Positions 1 through 5,518 of a DNA stretch of 7,280 nucleotides are shown one piece after another. The stretch lies in the IMG/VR virus record IMGVR_UViG_2700989509_000014; one strand, written 5' to 3'. This DNA comes from a virus (taxonomy: Duplodnaviria > Heunggongvirae > Uroviricota > Caudoviricetes). How positions within the stretch are numbered: position 1 is the first letter of the stretch; each line of letters starts with the position of its first letter. Below the pieces are notes generated by a model, which saw nothing but the letters and a program-made list of their open reading frames with translations, did not search any database and was not told the DNA's origin. The position numbers and the translations under genes are program-made.

Positions 1-839
1 TTCATGGCTATGTCATGACTGACGGCAAACTCCATGCCGATGATACCCCGGTCCAGGTACTGCTGCCGGGTAATAAGAAGACGAAGACCGGGCGGTTGTG
101 GGCGTATGTTCGTGATGACCGCAATGCCGGGTCAGCGTTGGCACCTGCAGTGTGGTTCGCTTACAGCCCGGACAGGAAAGGCATCCATCCGCAGACTCAT
201 CTTGCCTGCTTCAGCGGTGTGCTGCAAGCGGATGCGTACGCCGGGTTCAACGAGCTGTATCGCAATGGTCGGATAACGGAAGCTGCCTGCTGGGCTCATG
301 CCCGCCGAAAGATCCACGATGTGCACGTCCGCATCCCGTCAGCACTGACGGAAGAAGCCCTGGAGCAGATCGGTCAGTTGTACGCCATAGAGGCGGATAT
401 AAGGGGAATGCCGGCAGAGCAGCGGCTTGCTGAACGTCAGCGAAAAACGAAACCGCTGTTGAAATCCCTGGAAAGCTGGTTGCGTGAAAAGATGAAGACC
501 CTGTCGCGACACTCAGAGTTGGCGAAGGCGTTCGCGTACGCACTTAACCAGTGGCCGGCACTGACGTACTATGCGAACGATGGCTGGGTGGAAATCGACA
601 ACAACATCGCTGAAAATGCCCTGCGGGCGGTCAGTCTGGGTCGTAAAAACTTCCTGTTCTTCGGCTCTGACCATGGTGGTGAGCGGGGAGCGCTACTGTA
701 CAGCCTGATCGGGACGTGCAAACTGAATGACGTGGATCCAGAAAGTTACCTTCGCCATGTGCTTGGCGTCATAGCAGACTGGCCGGTCAACCGGGTCAGC
801 GAACTGCTTCCGTGGCGCATAGCACTGCCAGCTGAATAA
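1..839 (+). CDS. IS66-family transposase (TnpC-type), C-terminal ~279 aa; 5' end truncated by the window edge (reading frame enters at position 3)
   Basis: Open frame from position 3 with no upstream stop inside the window; the ORF-track translation (…[11 protein letters not shown]…[10 protein letters not shown]…[10 protein letters not shown]…) is what I recognise as the conserved C-terminal region of IS66 transposases. The internal ATG at 15 is unlikely to be the true start. Confidence 0.8.
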   Translation, partial: HGYVMTDGKLHADDTPVQVLLPGNKKTKTGRLWAYVRDDRNAGSALAPAVWFAYSPDRKGIHPQTHLACFSGVLQADAYAGFNELYRNGRITEAACWAHARRKIHDVHVRIPSALTEEALEQIGQLYAIEADIRGMPAEQRLAERQRKTKPLLKSLESWLREKMKTLSRHSELAKAFAYALNQWPALTYYANDGWVEIDNNIAENALRAVSLGRKNFLFFGSDHGGERGALLYSLIGTCKLNDVDPESYLRHVLGVIADWPVNRVSELLPWRIALPAE

Positions 840-876
840 CACATCCCCGTCAATACGGCCCTCGCTGTACGCTTAC
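1..876 (+). mobile_element. Right-hand end of an IS66-family insertion sequence (partial; element continues upstream of the window). The proposed terminus at 873-876 (TTAC on the plus strand, GTAAGCG... on the minus strand) is tentative.
   Basis: The 1-839 ORF encodes the C-terminal part of an IS66-family transposase. About 25 bp past its stop, the minus strand reads GTAAGCGTACAGCGAGG (reverse complement of 860-876); IS66-family terminal inverted repeats are described as beginning 5'-GTAA. GC-rich (about 57% in a sampled 60-mer) compared with the adjacent cassette. Exact boundary is uncertain because a second copy of the end motif lies at 1040-1055. Confidence 0.6.
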
Positions 877-879
877 GGA
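864..879. repeat. 16-bp direct repeat gctgtacgcttacgga, copy 1 (IS66 end-like motif)
   Basis: Exact 16-mer, present again at 1040-1055. On the minus strand it contains GTAAGCGTACAGC. Confidence 0.7.
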
Positions 880-1039
880 GGCAGCAACGAGCTGCTGTTT
901 AAATTCGGGAGGATAATTAGGGCAGCCTTTTCGCCTGCCGGGAGTCACATTTTTCTGCATATCTGATACTTTGGTTCCCACTACTTATTTGGTGGACACC
1001 ACTTTGTCTAATTCGTCAGATTCTGACCAGACGGTTCAG

Positions 1040-1055
1040 GCTGTACGCTTACGGA
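1040..1055. repeat. 16-bp direct repeat gctgtacgcttacgga, copy 2 (possible solo IS66-type terminal repeat or remnant)
   Basis: Exact match to 864-879, 176 bp further right, in non-coding DNA between the IS and the prophage cassette. Confidence 0.6.
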
Positions 1056-1162
1056 TGAAGGTGATGGGGCAGGGATCAGAATTGCGTGGTGTAGCAAGTT
1101 GTATCTATCAATTTTCAATAAATACAATTGGTTATGTGTTTTTAGGTGGAGCGATCGTGAGG

Positions 1163-1189
1163 CAAAGAAAACCCGGCGCGGTGGCCGGG
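1163..1189 (-). terminator. Rho-independent terminator closing the minus-strand two-gene cassette
   Basis: On the minus strand: CCCGGC-caccgc-GCCGGG (6-bp GC stem, plus coordinates 1172-1189) followed directly by TTTTCTTT (plus 1164-1171). It starts about 15 nt after the stop codon of the 1205-2134 gene. There is no T-tract on the plus-strand side, so it is unidirectional. Confidence 0.65.
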
Positions 1190-1204
1190 CTGAAGGGGCT
1201 CATT

Positions 1205-2134
1205 CTAATCGATTGATTTAATATCCCATTGAGGTCGAGAAACCAGAGTGTATCTGGGCTTGCCCTTACCAACAGTTTTTTTCAGGAACGTGGCTGTTGC
1301 AACGCTTCCTAAGTGCTTGTTTATAATATCTGGGTCATCTACAGCTTTGTCAATGCTAGCGGTTCTGATATCAGTGTTACCTAAAACTATAAATTCACAT
1401 TGGCGCTTGTTAGGAAGAGTTCCCAAAAATATAACGTTCTCAATAATTTTTTCCTGCTGAATGTTATCATTGCTGAGATGTTGATATACAGCTTCAAGCT
1501 GTTTTGGCTCTCTAAAAACGATGCTAAAACCTTGGCTTTTAAGTGTAAAAACTGTTTTATTTTCATGCAGATAATGAATGAATGCTCTGATTTTATCTAA
1601 GGCCCGAGAGTCTAAGTTTTCTATAGCATCAGACAATTCTTCATCATCATTATCCAAGCTTGCCTGAAATATTTTTCTGGCCTTATTAATAGCTTTTGCT
1701 ACTGGGGTTTCTTCATCGAATTCAAGAGGAGCATCAGGTCTAAACTCTTCAAGTACGAATCCGAAAGAACCACGGGCTGACGCGGTAATCATGAGATGAT
1801 TATTTTCTATGTTTGGTATCTTGCCTGATGCAGGAAGTGGGCCATTGAAAGAGGTTGCCAAGTAAGCTATTGCATCATTAAAACAAGATATAGCTTTTGT
1901 TCCAAATACTGCTGAAATGCCATGCGTGCCAACTACTGTTGGGCCTCTAAAAGTTAACACAGCATGCGTAGGTTCATGTTCTCGAACGTCAGCTTGTGAA
2001 ATTAATCGCTCAACTTTCTCCAGACGGTCTTCTAAGCTTTTTCGGCTAATAGAATGACTTGTTGGCATATTTTTTAATAGATTACTTATTTGCTCGCGCT
2101 CACTGAGAGCGAAAACATAATCATTACGATTCAT
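1205..2134 (-). CDS. Hypothetical protein, 309 aa; distal gene of a two-gene cassette downstream of cI; candidate defence/exclusion component, function unknown
   Basis: Long ORF with ATG at 2134 preceded by GAGGGGG 7 nt upstream on the minus strand. Its start overlaps the stop of the upstream gene by 4 bp (ATGA). AT-rich (about 33% GC in a sampled 60-mer). Ends just before an intrinsic terminator. No Walker motif, no obvious transmembrane segment, no family I can name. A weak R-x6-H string (RAFIHYLH) is noted but not relied on. Confidence 0.75.
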   Translation of the reverse strand: MNRNDYVFALSEREQISNLLKNMPTSHSISRKSLEDRLEKVERLISQADVREHEPTHAVLTFRGPTVVGTHGISAVFGTKAISCFNDAIAYLATSFNGPLPASGKIPNIENNHLMITASARGSFGFVLEEFRPDAPLEFDEETPVAKAINKARKIFQASLDNDDEELSDAIENLDSRALDKIRAFIHYLHENKTVFTLKSQGFSIVFREPKQLEAVYQHLSNDNIQQEKIIENVIFLGTLPNKRQCEFIVLGNTDIRTASIDKAVDDPDIINKHLGSVATATFLKKTVGKGKPRYTLVSRPQWDIKSID

Positions 2135-2709
2135 TGTTTGACCCCCTCAGTAGTAGCCGAATTAAGTATAGTCATTGCCACAACATCAAGTTGTGGGTTT
2201 AACGGGATTTGGATAAATCCCTTCCACGACAGATCGCGTCTATGTGCCCACATACTGTACCAGTATACAGTCATTTCAACAAGCTCATGACTTGGTAGAT
2301 TAAGTTCTTGGAAGTAGGAATCTACGAAAAACTCCTTCTTAACAAAATCATGATCAAATAGCTCTGGCTTTCTACCGATTACGATTGCATCATTATCGCC
2401 ATTACTGAATTGAAAAAAGGTCACAACATCGACATCATTCGGTGGCCTTTTTTCAATAAGTTCAATATGTTCTGTGAAGCTTCCATCTACCCACTGAAAA
2501 CCTTCAACTAGCCCTGCTTGAGTGAGTGAAACACGAAAGTTAAGAAAACCCTTAAGGATTTTAATCCTTGCAGGGCTAAGCGAAAAAGTACTAACAAAGC
2601 GTACTATATCCATTTTGTATGGGGAACGAGTATGGCTTGTAGGATCAGCCTCGTCTATTGGGGGGATTAACCCCATCTCATTCCATAGAGAGACAGTTGG
2701 TATACTCAA
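2131..2709 (-). CDS. Hypothetical protein, ~192 aa (TTG start at 2709; alternative ATG at 2676 gives 181 aa); proximal gene of the cassette; possible nucleotidyltransferase-like fold, tentative
   Basis: ORF with TTG start preceded by AAGGT 5 nt upstream on the minus strand; the internal in-frame ATG at 2676 has a weaker GGAA signal. Contains W-V-D-G-S-F, then 15 residues, then D-V-D-V-V, which resembles the hG[GS]…DhDh signature of Pol-beta-type (minimal) nucleotidyltransferases; this is pattern resemblance only. AT-rich. Lies 114 bp downstream of the cI stop on the same strand. Confidence 0.7.
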   Translation of the reverse strand: MSIPTVSLWNEMGLIPPIDEADPTSHTRSPYKMDIVRFVSTFSLSPARIKILKGFLNFRVSLTQAGLVEGFQWVDGSFTEHIELIEKRPPNDVDVVTFFQFSNGDNDAIVIGRKPELFDHDFVKKEFFVDSYFQELNLPSHELVEMTVYWYSMWAHRRDLSWKGFIQIPLNPQLDVVAMTILNSATTEGVKQ

Positions 2710-2823
2710 TGCTTAACCTTTATAACGAACTGAATATTCGGCAAAATATTGTTTTTAGGTATTGGCTGCTGTGCTTGTCGGACGGTTATTTCGTGTCACC
2801 CAAACGTTTCTTCTGGCCACTGG

Positions 2824-3531
2824 TTACCAGCTATGTGATGACCAGAATACTCTGCCAATAATCCTTACTGTTTCATGAAACTCATCTCTATCCATTACTT
2901 CATCAGGGTACTCTTCGCGATTTATTGATCTGATTATCACGGATGTAGGTGTGGCTATTAATGTCTTTACTCTTAGTAAATCAGATTGACAAATAGCGTA
3001 GGTTTTACCATCTCTGATGGTGGTGTCTTGCGTGTTGACTCCAACAACATCACCATCGTGAAGGGTTGGCTCCATGCTTTGGCCTATCACCCTAACCAGC
3101 TTGGCAGAGCTTTCAGATACCCCCATCTTTTTCAGATAGTACTTTCTGAAAACCAAAGAGAACTCAGATGATTCCTCTAACTCACAGCTACCACTCCCGG
3201 CGGAAAGAGAAACATTAAGAAGAGGCAATGCGACAAACTCGTCATCGTTTCTTTTTATGTCCTCCCATACCACCGCTTTTAAAGATGACTCACGCACATT
3301 CGATGGCTCTTCATGTGCACCATCCCTCATTTCACCAATACCTGAGCTAAGCCATTCAGGGCGTACTTTTAAAGCATTGGCTAACTCAACCATCTTTCGA
3401 GATCCGTTTGTTTTACCGGATGACATCTTCTGTATGGCTGGCTGAGATATTCCAACCATGTCAGCAAGCTGTGATTGTGACACCCCTGCTGAGCTCATGG
3501 CTGCATTTAGTCTTTCTGCGAATGTTTTCAT
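2824..3531 (-). CDS. cI: Phage CI-like repressor (N-terminal HTH, C-terminal S24/LexA-type autopeptidase), 235 aa from ATG 3531
   Basis: HTH segment SQSQLADMVGISQPAIQKM. Ala-Gly candidate autocleavage site (LSAGSG). Ser nucleophile in GQSMEP and a downstream Lys (LLRVKTL), as in LexA/CI S24 peptidases. Divergent from a cro-like gene across an operator region. The ORF track starts at a TTG (3561), but that extension would overlap operator site 1; the ATG at 3529-3531 (MKTFAERLN…) is the more likely start. Confidence 0.85.
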   Translation of the reverse strand: MKTFAERLNAAMSSAGVSQSQLADMVGISQPAIQKMSSGKTNGSRKMVELANALKVRPEWLSSGIGEMRDGAHEEPSNVRESSLKAVVWEDIKRNDDEFVALPLLNVSLSAGSGSCELEESSEFSLVFRKYYLKKMGVSESSAKLVRVIGQSMEPTLHDGDVVGVNTQDTTIRDGKTYAICQSDLLRVKTLIATPTSVIIRSINREEYPDEVMDRDEFHETVRIIGRVFWSSHSW

Positions 3532-3543
3532 ACCCACAAATCT

Positions 3544-3606
3544 ATAACTACGGTTATCCAAAGTAAAATAACAAAGGTTATTGCTATTTTTTATAACTTG
3601 AGTTAT
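3544..3606. promoter_or_regulatory. Tripartite operator (OR-like): three perfect ATAAC-N4-GTTAT palindromes between the divergent cI and cro genes; overlapping pRM/pR-type promoters inferred
   Basis: Exact sites ATAACtacgGTTAT (3544-3557), ATAACaaagGTTAT (3568-3581) and ATAACttgaGTTAT (3593-3606), spaced 24 and 25 bp start to start, like lambda OR3-OR2-OR1. Candidate rightward promoter TTGCTA (3581-3586), 17-bp spacer, TATCTT (3604-3609), or alternatively a -10 TATAAG at 3614-3619. Candidate leftward -10 is TATAGA on the minus strand (plus 3541-3546). Promoter hexamers are guesses; the palindromes are exact. Confidence 0.65.
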
Positions 3607-3642
3607 CTTTGGTTATAAGTAATGTCCACAAGAGGTATGCTC

Positions 3643-3867
3643 ATGAATTTAGTAATTCAACGAGCCTTGAAAATTGTCGGTAGCCAAAAGCGCCTTGCCG
3701 ACAAGTGTGGTGTAACGCAGCCAGCAGTACATAAATGGCTGAAAGGCGGGTTGGTCTCTCCAGAGAAAGTTACCGCCATCGTTAACGCCACAGGAGGGCA
3801 GATCAAGGCTTACGAAATCCGCCCAGATTTGCCACACCTGTTTCCAAAACCGAATCAGGCAGCATAA
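3643..3867 (+). CDS. cro: Cro-like small HTH regulator (YdaS/Cro family), 74 aa from ATG 3643
   Basis: First rightward gene opposite the repressor. HTH-like segment QKRLADKCGVTQPAVHKWLKG followed by AIVNATGG, which resembles YdaS/Cro-type proteins. AGAGG at 3631-3635 sits 7 nt before ATG 3643; the upstream in-frame ATGs at 3622 and 3637 lack a properly spaced RBS. Stop TAA at 3865-3867. Confidence 0.65.
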   Translation: MNLVIQRALKIVGSQKRLADKCGVTQPAVHKWLKGGLVSPEKVTAIVNATGGQIKAYEIRPDLPHLFPKPNQAA

Positions 3868-3874
3868 GTAACAC

Positions 3875-3909
3875 CGCTCTTTATCAATCTGCACCGCCGA
3901 CAACGCGGT
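3875..3909 (+). promoter_or_regulatory. nutR-like antitermination site: boxA-like CGCTCTTTATCAA followed by a boxB-like hairpin
   Basis: CGCTCTTTA (3875-3883) matches the boxA core (GCTCTTTA / CGCTCTTA). Ten nt downstream is the hairpin ACCGC-cgacaac-GCGGT (3893-3909), a 5-bp stem whose loop contains GACAA, which I recall as the P22-type boxB loop. It lies immediately 3' of cro and 5' of cII, where nutR sits in lambda and P22. Confidence 0.5.
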
Positions 3910-3973
3910 AACTAATTAAGCGCTCATCGAAAGATGGGTATTAGTGATTATTTACCTATGGAAATAGTAAGAA

Positions 3974-4273
3974 ATGGAACAAACAAGTTACAGCAAACTA
4001 TCACAGCGCGACGTTGATCGCGCAGAAACAGATTTACTCATCAACCTGTCAACGCTTACACAGCGCGGTCTGGCAAAGATGATTGGCTGTCATGAATCGA
4101 AGATAAGCAGAACGGACTGGAGATTTATTGCTTCGGTCTTGTGTGCTTTCGGAATGGCATCAGACATCAGTCCGATTAGCAGGGCTTTTAAGTATGCGCT
4201 TGATGGACTCACCAATAAAAAACGCCCGGTGTGCAAGACCGAGCGTTCTGATCAAATACAAATGGAATTTTAA
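3974..4273 (+). CDS. cII: CII-like transcriptional activator (lambda CII homolog), 99 aa
   Basis: C-terminus LTNKKRPVCKTERSDQIQMEF closely matches the lambda CII C-terminus (…ILTNKKRPAATERSEQIQMEF); a central HTH-like segment is present; position after cro/nutR is canonical. Stop TAA at 4271-4273. Confidence 0.8.
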   Translation: MEQTSYSKLSQRDVDRAETDLLINLSTLTQRGLAKMIGCHESKISRTDWRFIASVLCAFGMASDISPISRAFKYALDGLTNKKRPVCKTERSDQIQMEF

Positions 4274-4295
4274 CAACATCCAACGAGGTAATTAT

Positions 4296-4568
4296 ATGCG
4301 AAACAAAGGCTTTAATCCACCTGATACACACAAAGAAGCTAAGCGTTTGCGCTTCCTTCGTTCCATTGATGAAAGAACTCAAATCTCTTTTGTGAAAGTT
4401 GCCAGAACTGAGCTTCTGAAGGCTGAGGCGAGGGCGTTGCTCCCGTCTCTACCAAAAGAGGAGGGATATACGTCCATTCCAAACGCATTTCTGGAAAAGC
4501 TGCTCAAAGAAGACATATCCGTAAGTCAGTTTAACGATGTTCTTAAGGTCTTTCGTCAAGGCAGGTAG
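4296..4568 (+). CDS. Small hypothetical protein (90 aa) between cII and the O-like gene
   Basis: ATG at 4296 preceded by GAGG (4285-4288) with a 7-nt spacer; ends with TAG at 4566-4568, 2 nt before the O-like start. The ORF-track entry 4128-4568 is the same frame extended upstream across cII and is not the real N-terminus. Basic and charged, no recognisable motif. Confidence 0.55.
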   Translation: MRNKGFNPPDTHKEAKRLRFLRSIDERTQISFVKVARTELLKAEARALLPSLPKEEGYTSIPNAFLEKLLKEDISVSQFNDVLKVFRQGR

Positions 4569-4570
4569 TT

Positions 4571-5518
4571 ATGAGCAATACAGCAAAAATCTACGATTTC
4601 AGCGCCGCACACGAGCGCAGGAGCAACAGGATGGAGAACCAGAAAACTGGTTACATTCCGTTGTACCGGAGCATTCTGAAACAGTCATGGGCGAAAGATG
4701 TTTATCTTCGCACCCTGTGGGAAAACCTTCTCCTGAATGCCGCCAGAAAGCCATACAAAGCGAATTTCAAAGGTCATGAATGGCATCTGCAACCCGGTCA
4801 ACTGGTTGTGACAGCAGCTGATTTAGGTCTTCAGTTATGCGACAGGCATGGCAAGCCAGCAAGCCGCGATCAGGTTGAGCGGATGCTTCAGGTTTTTGTG
4901 AAAGAGGGGGTGATCACCATTGATGGAGAGAAGCAAAAAGGTCGTGTGATTACCATCACAAATTACCATGAATATGCTCAAAAAATGGACGATTCACCCG
5001 CACATGAAGCCGCACAAACAACCGCACATGATGCCGCACATGACGAAGCCAGCAATGGCGCGGCTTTCAGAGTACATGCCGCACATGAAAGCGCACATGA
5101 AGCCGCACAAACAACCGCACATCATGAACAAGAAGGTATTAACAAGAATATAAATAATACCCCCCTACCCCCCAATGGGGGAGGCGATGGGCAGGTTAAA
5201 CCTGAACGTCGCAAGGCAGAACGAATCGACTACGAATCCTTCCTGAACGCCTACAACACCGAAGTCGGTGGCAGACTTCCACACGCTGTTGCGGTCAACG
5301 AGAAACGCAAACGCCGCCTGAAGAAAATCATCCCGCAACTGAAAACGCCAAACGTGGACGGTTTCAGAGCGTATGTCAGGGCGTTTGTACATCAGGCCAA
5401 GCCGTTTTACTTCGGAGACAACGACACGGGCTGGACGGCTGATTTTGATTACCTGCTGAGGGAAGACTCGTTAACGGGAGTTCGGGAAGGGAAGTTTGCA
5501 GACAGGGGGATTGCATGA
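4571..5518 (+). CDS. Replication initiation protein, lambda O-like N-terminus with a conserved phage replication-protein C-terminal region, 315 aa; carries the origin iterons internally
   Basis: N-terminus [11 protein letters not shown]… parallels lambda O (MTNTAKILNFG…). A His/Ala-rich linker is encoded by the iteron repeats. Directly followed by, and overlapping by 4 bp with, a DnaB-family helicase gene (P22 gene 18 / gene 12-type arrangement). Confidence 0.75.
   Translation: MSNTAKIYDFSAAHERRSNRMENQKTGYIPLYRSILKQSWAKDVYLRTLWENLLLNAARKPYKANFKGHEWHLQPGQLVVTAADLGLQLCDRHGKPASRDQVERMLQVFVKEGVITIDGEKQKGRVITITNYHEYAQKMDDSPAHEAAQTTAHDAAHDEASNGAAFRVHAAHESAHEAAQTTAHHEQEGINKNINNTPLPPNGGGDGQVKPERRKAERIDYESFLNAYNTEVGGRLPHAVAVNEKRKRRLKKIIPQLKTPNVDGFRAYVRAFVHQAKPFYFGDNDTGWTADFDYLLREDSLTGVREGKFADRGIA
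4998..5181. repeat. Putative phage origin of replication: iteron array, AT-rich tract and C/G palindrome inside the O-like gene
   Basis: A 31-bp perfect direct repeat cgcacatgaagccgcacaaacaaccgcacat at 4999-5029 and 5092-5122. At least eight copies of the 10-mer (c/g)cgcacat(g/c)a between 4998 and 5123. Then an AT-rich stretch (5125-5159, …aacaagaatataaataata…), then C6-TA-C6-AAT-G5 (5160-5181). The organisation mirrors ori-lambda, which also lies inside O. Confidence 0.6.

Noticed and set aside
34-543. Several overlapping ORFs inside the IS66 transposase region (34-276 +, 152-433 +, 132-326 -, 247-543 -)
   Set aside because: All lie entirely within the well-supported transposase reading frame in a GC-rich segment where alternative frames stay open by chance; none has its own RBS or a recognisable product.
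1150-1200. Possible tRNA 3' fragment or phage attachment site (GC-rich stem near ggcgcggtggccggg)
   Set aside because: No T-arm GGTTCGAATCC-type motif and no acceptor-stem/CCA context; the structure is better explained as the intrinsic terminator of the minus-strand cassette (stem plus T-tract on that strand).
971-1216. 81-aa plus-strand ORF in the IS-to-cassette spacer
   Set aside because: TTG start with no RBS; it runs through the minus-strand terminator hairpin and into the end of the cassette gene; the translation has no features. Most likely non-coding.
1248-2861. Plus-strand ORFs inside the cassette (1248-1460, 1400-1600, 2090-2290, 2522-2716, 2658-2861)
   Set aside because: They are antisense to the two long, RBS-equipped, coupled minus-strand genes and are short.
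2986-3445. Plus-strand ORFs 2986-3171 and 3257-3445 antisense to the repressor gene
   Set aside because: Embedded in the strongly supported CI-like coding region; no RBS; no recognisable product.
3555-3563. DnaA-box-like TTATCCAAA in the operator region
   Set aside because: A single imperfect match that overlaps operator half-site 1; better explained as part of the repressor operator.
3649-3903. 84-aa minus-strand ORF overlapping cro and the nut-like site
   Set aside because: Antisense to cro and overlapping the operator-proximal region; a Cys/Trp-rich translation typical of a spurious frame.
4128-4295. Upstream extension of the 4296-4568 gene as given in the ORF track (start 4128)
   Set aside because: The extension overlaps the 3' half of cII in another frame; the internal ATG at 4296 has a well-placed GAGG RBS just after the cII stop, so the short form is preferred.
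4998-5123. Could the short direct repeats be a CRISPR array?
   Set aside because: The repeats are 10-31 bp with irregular spacing, lie inside a protein-coding gene, and have no unique spacers of uniform length; they fit replication-origin iterons instead.
4968-5153. 61-aa ORF with HMKPHKQPH repeats in an alternative frame of the O-like gene
   Set aside because: An artefact of translating the iteron DNA repeats in a second frame; the O-like frame is continuous and conserved at both ends.
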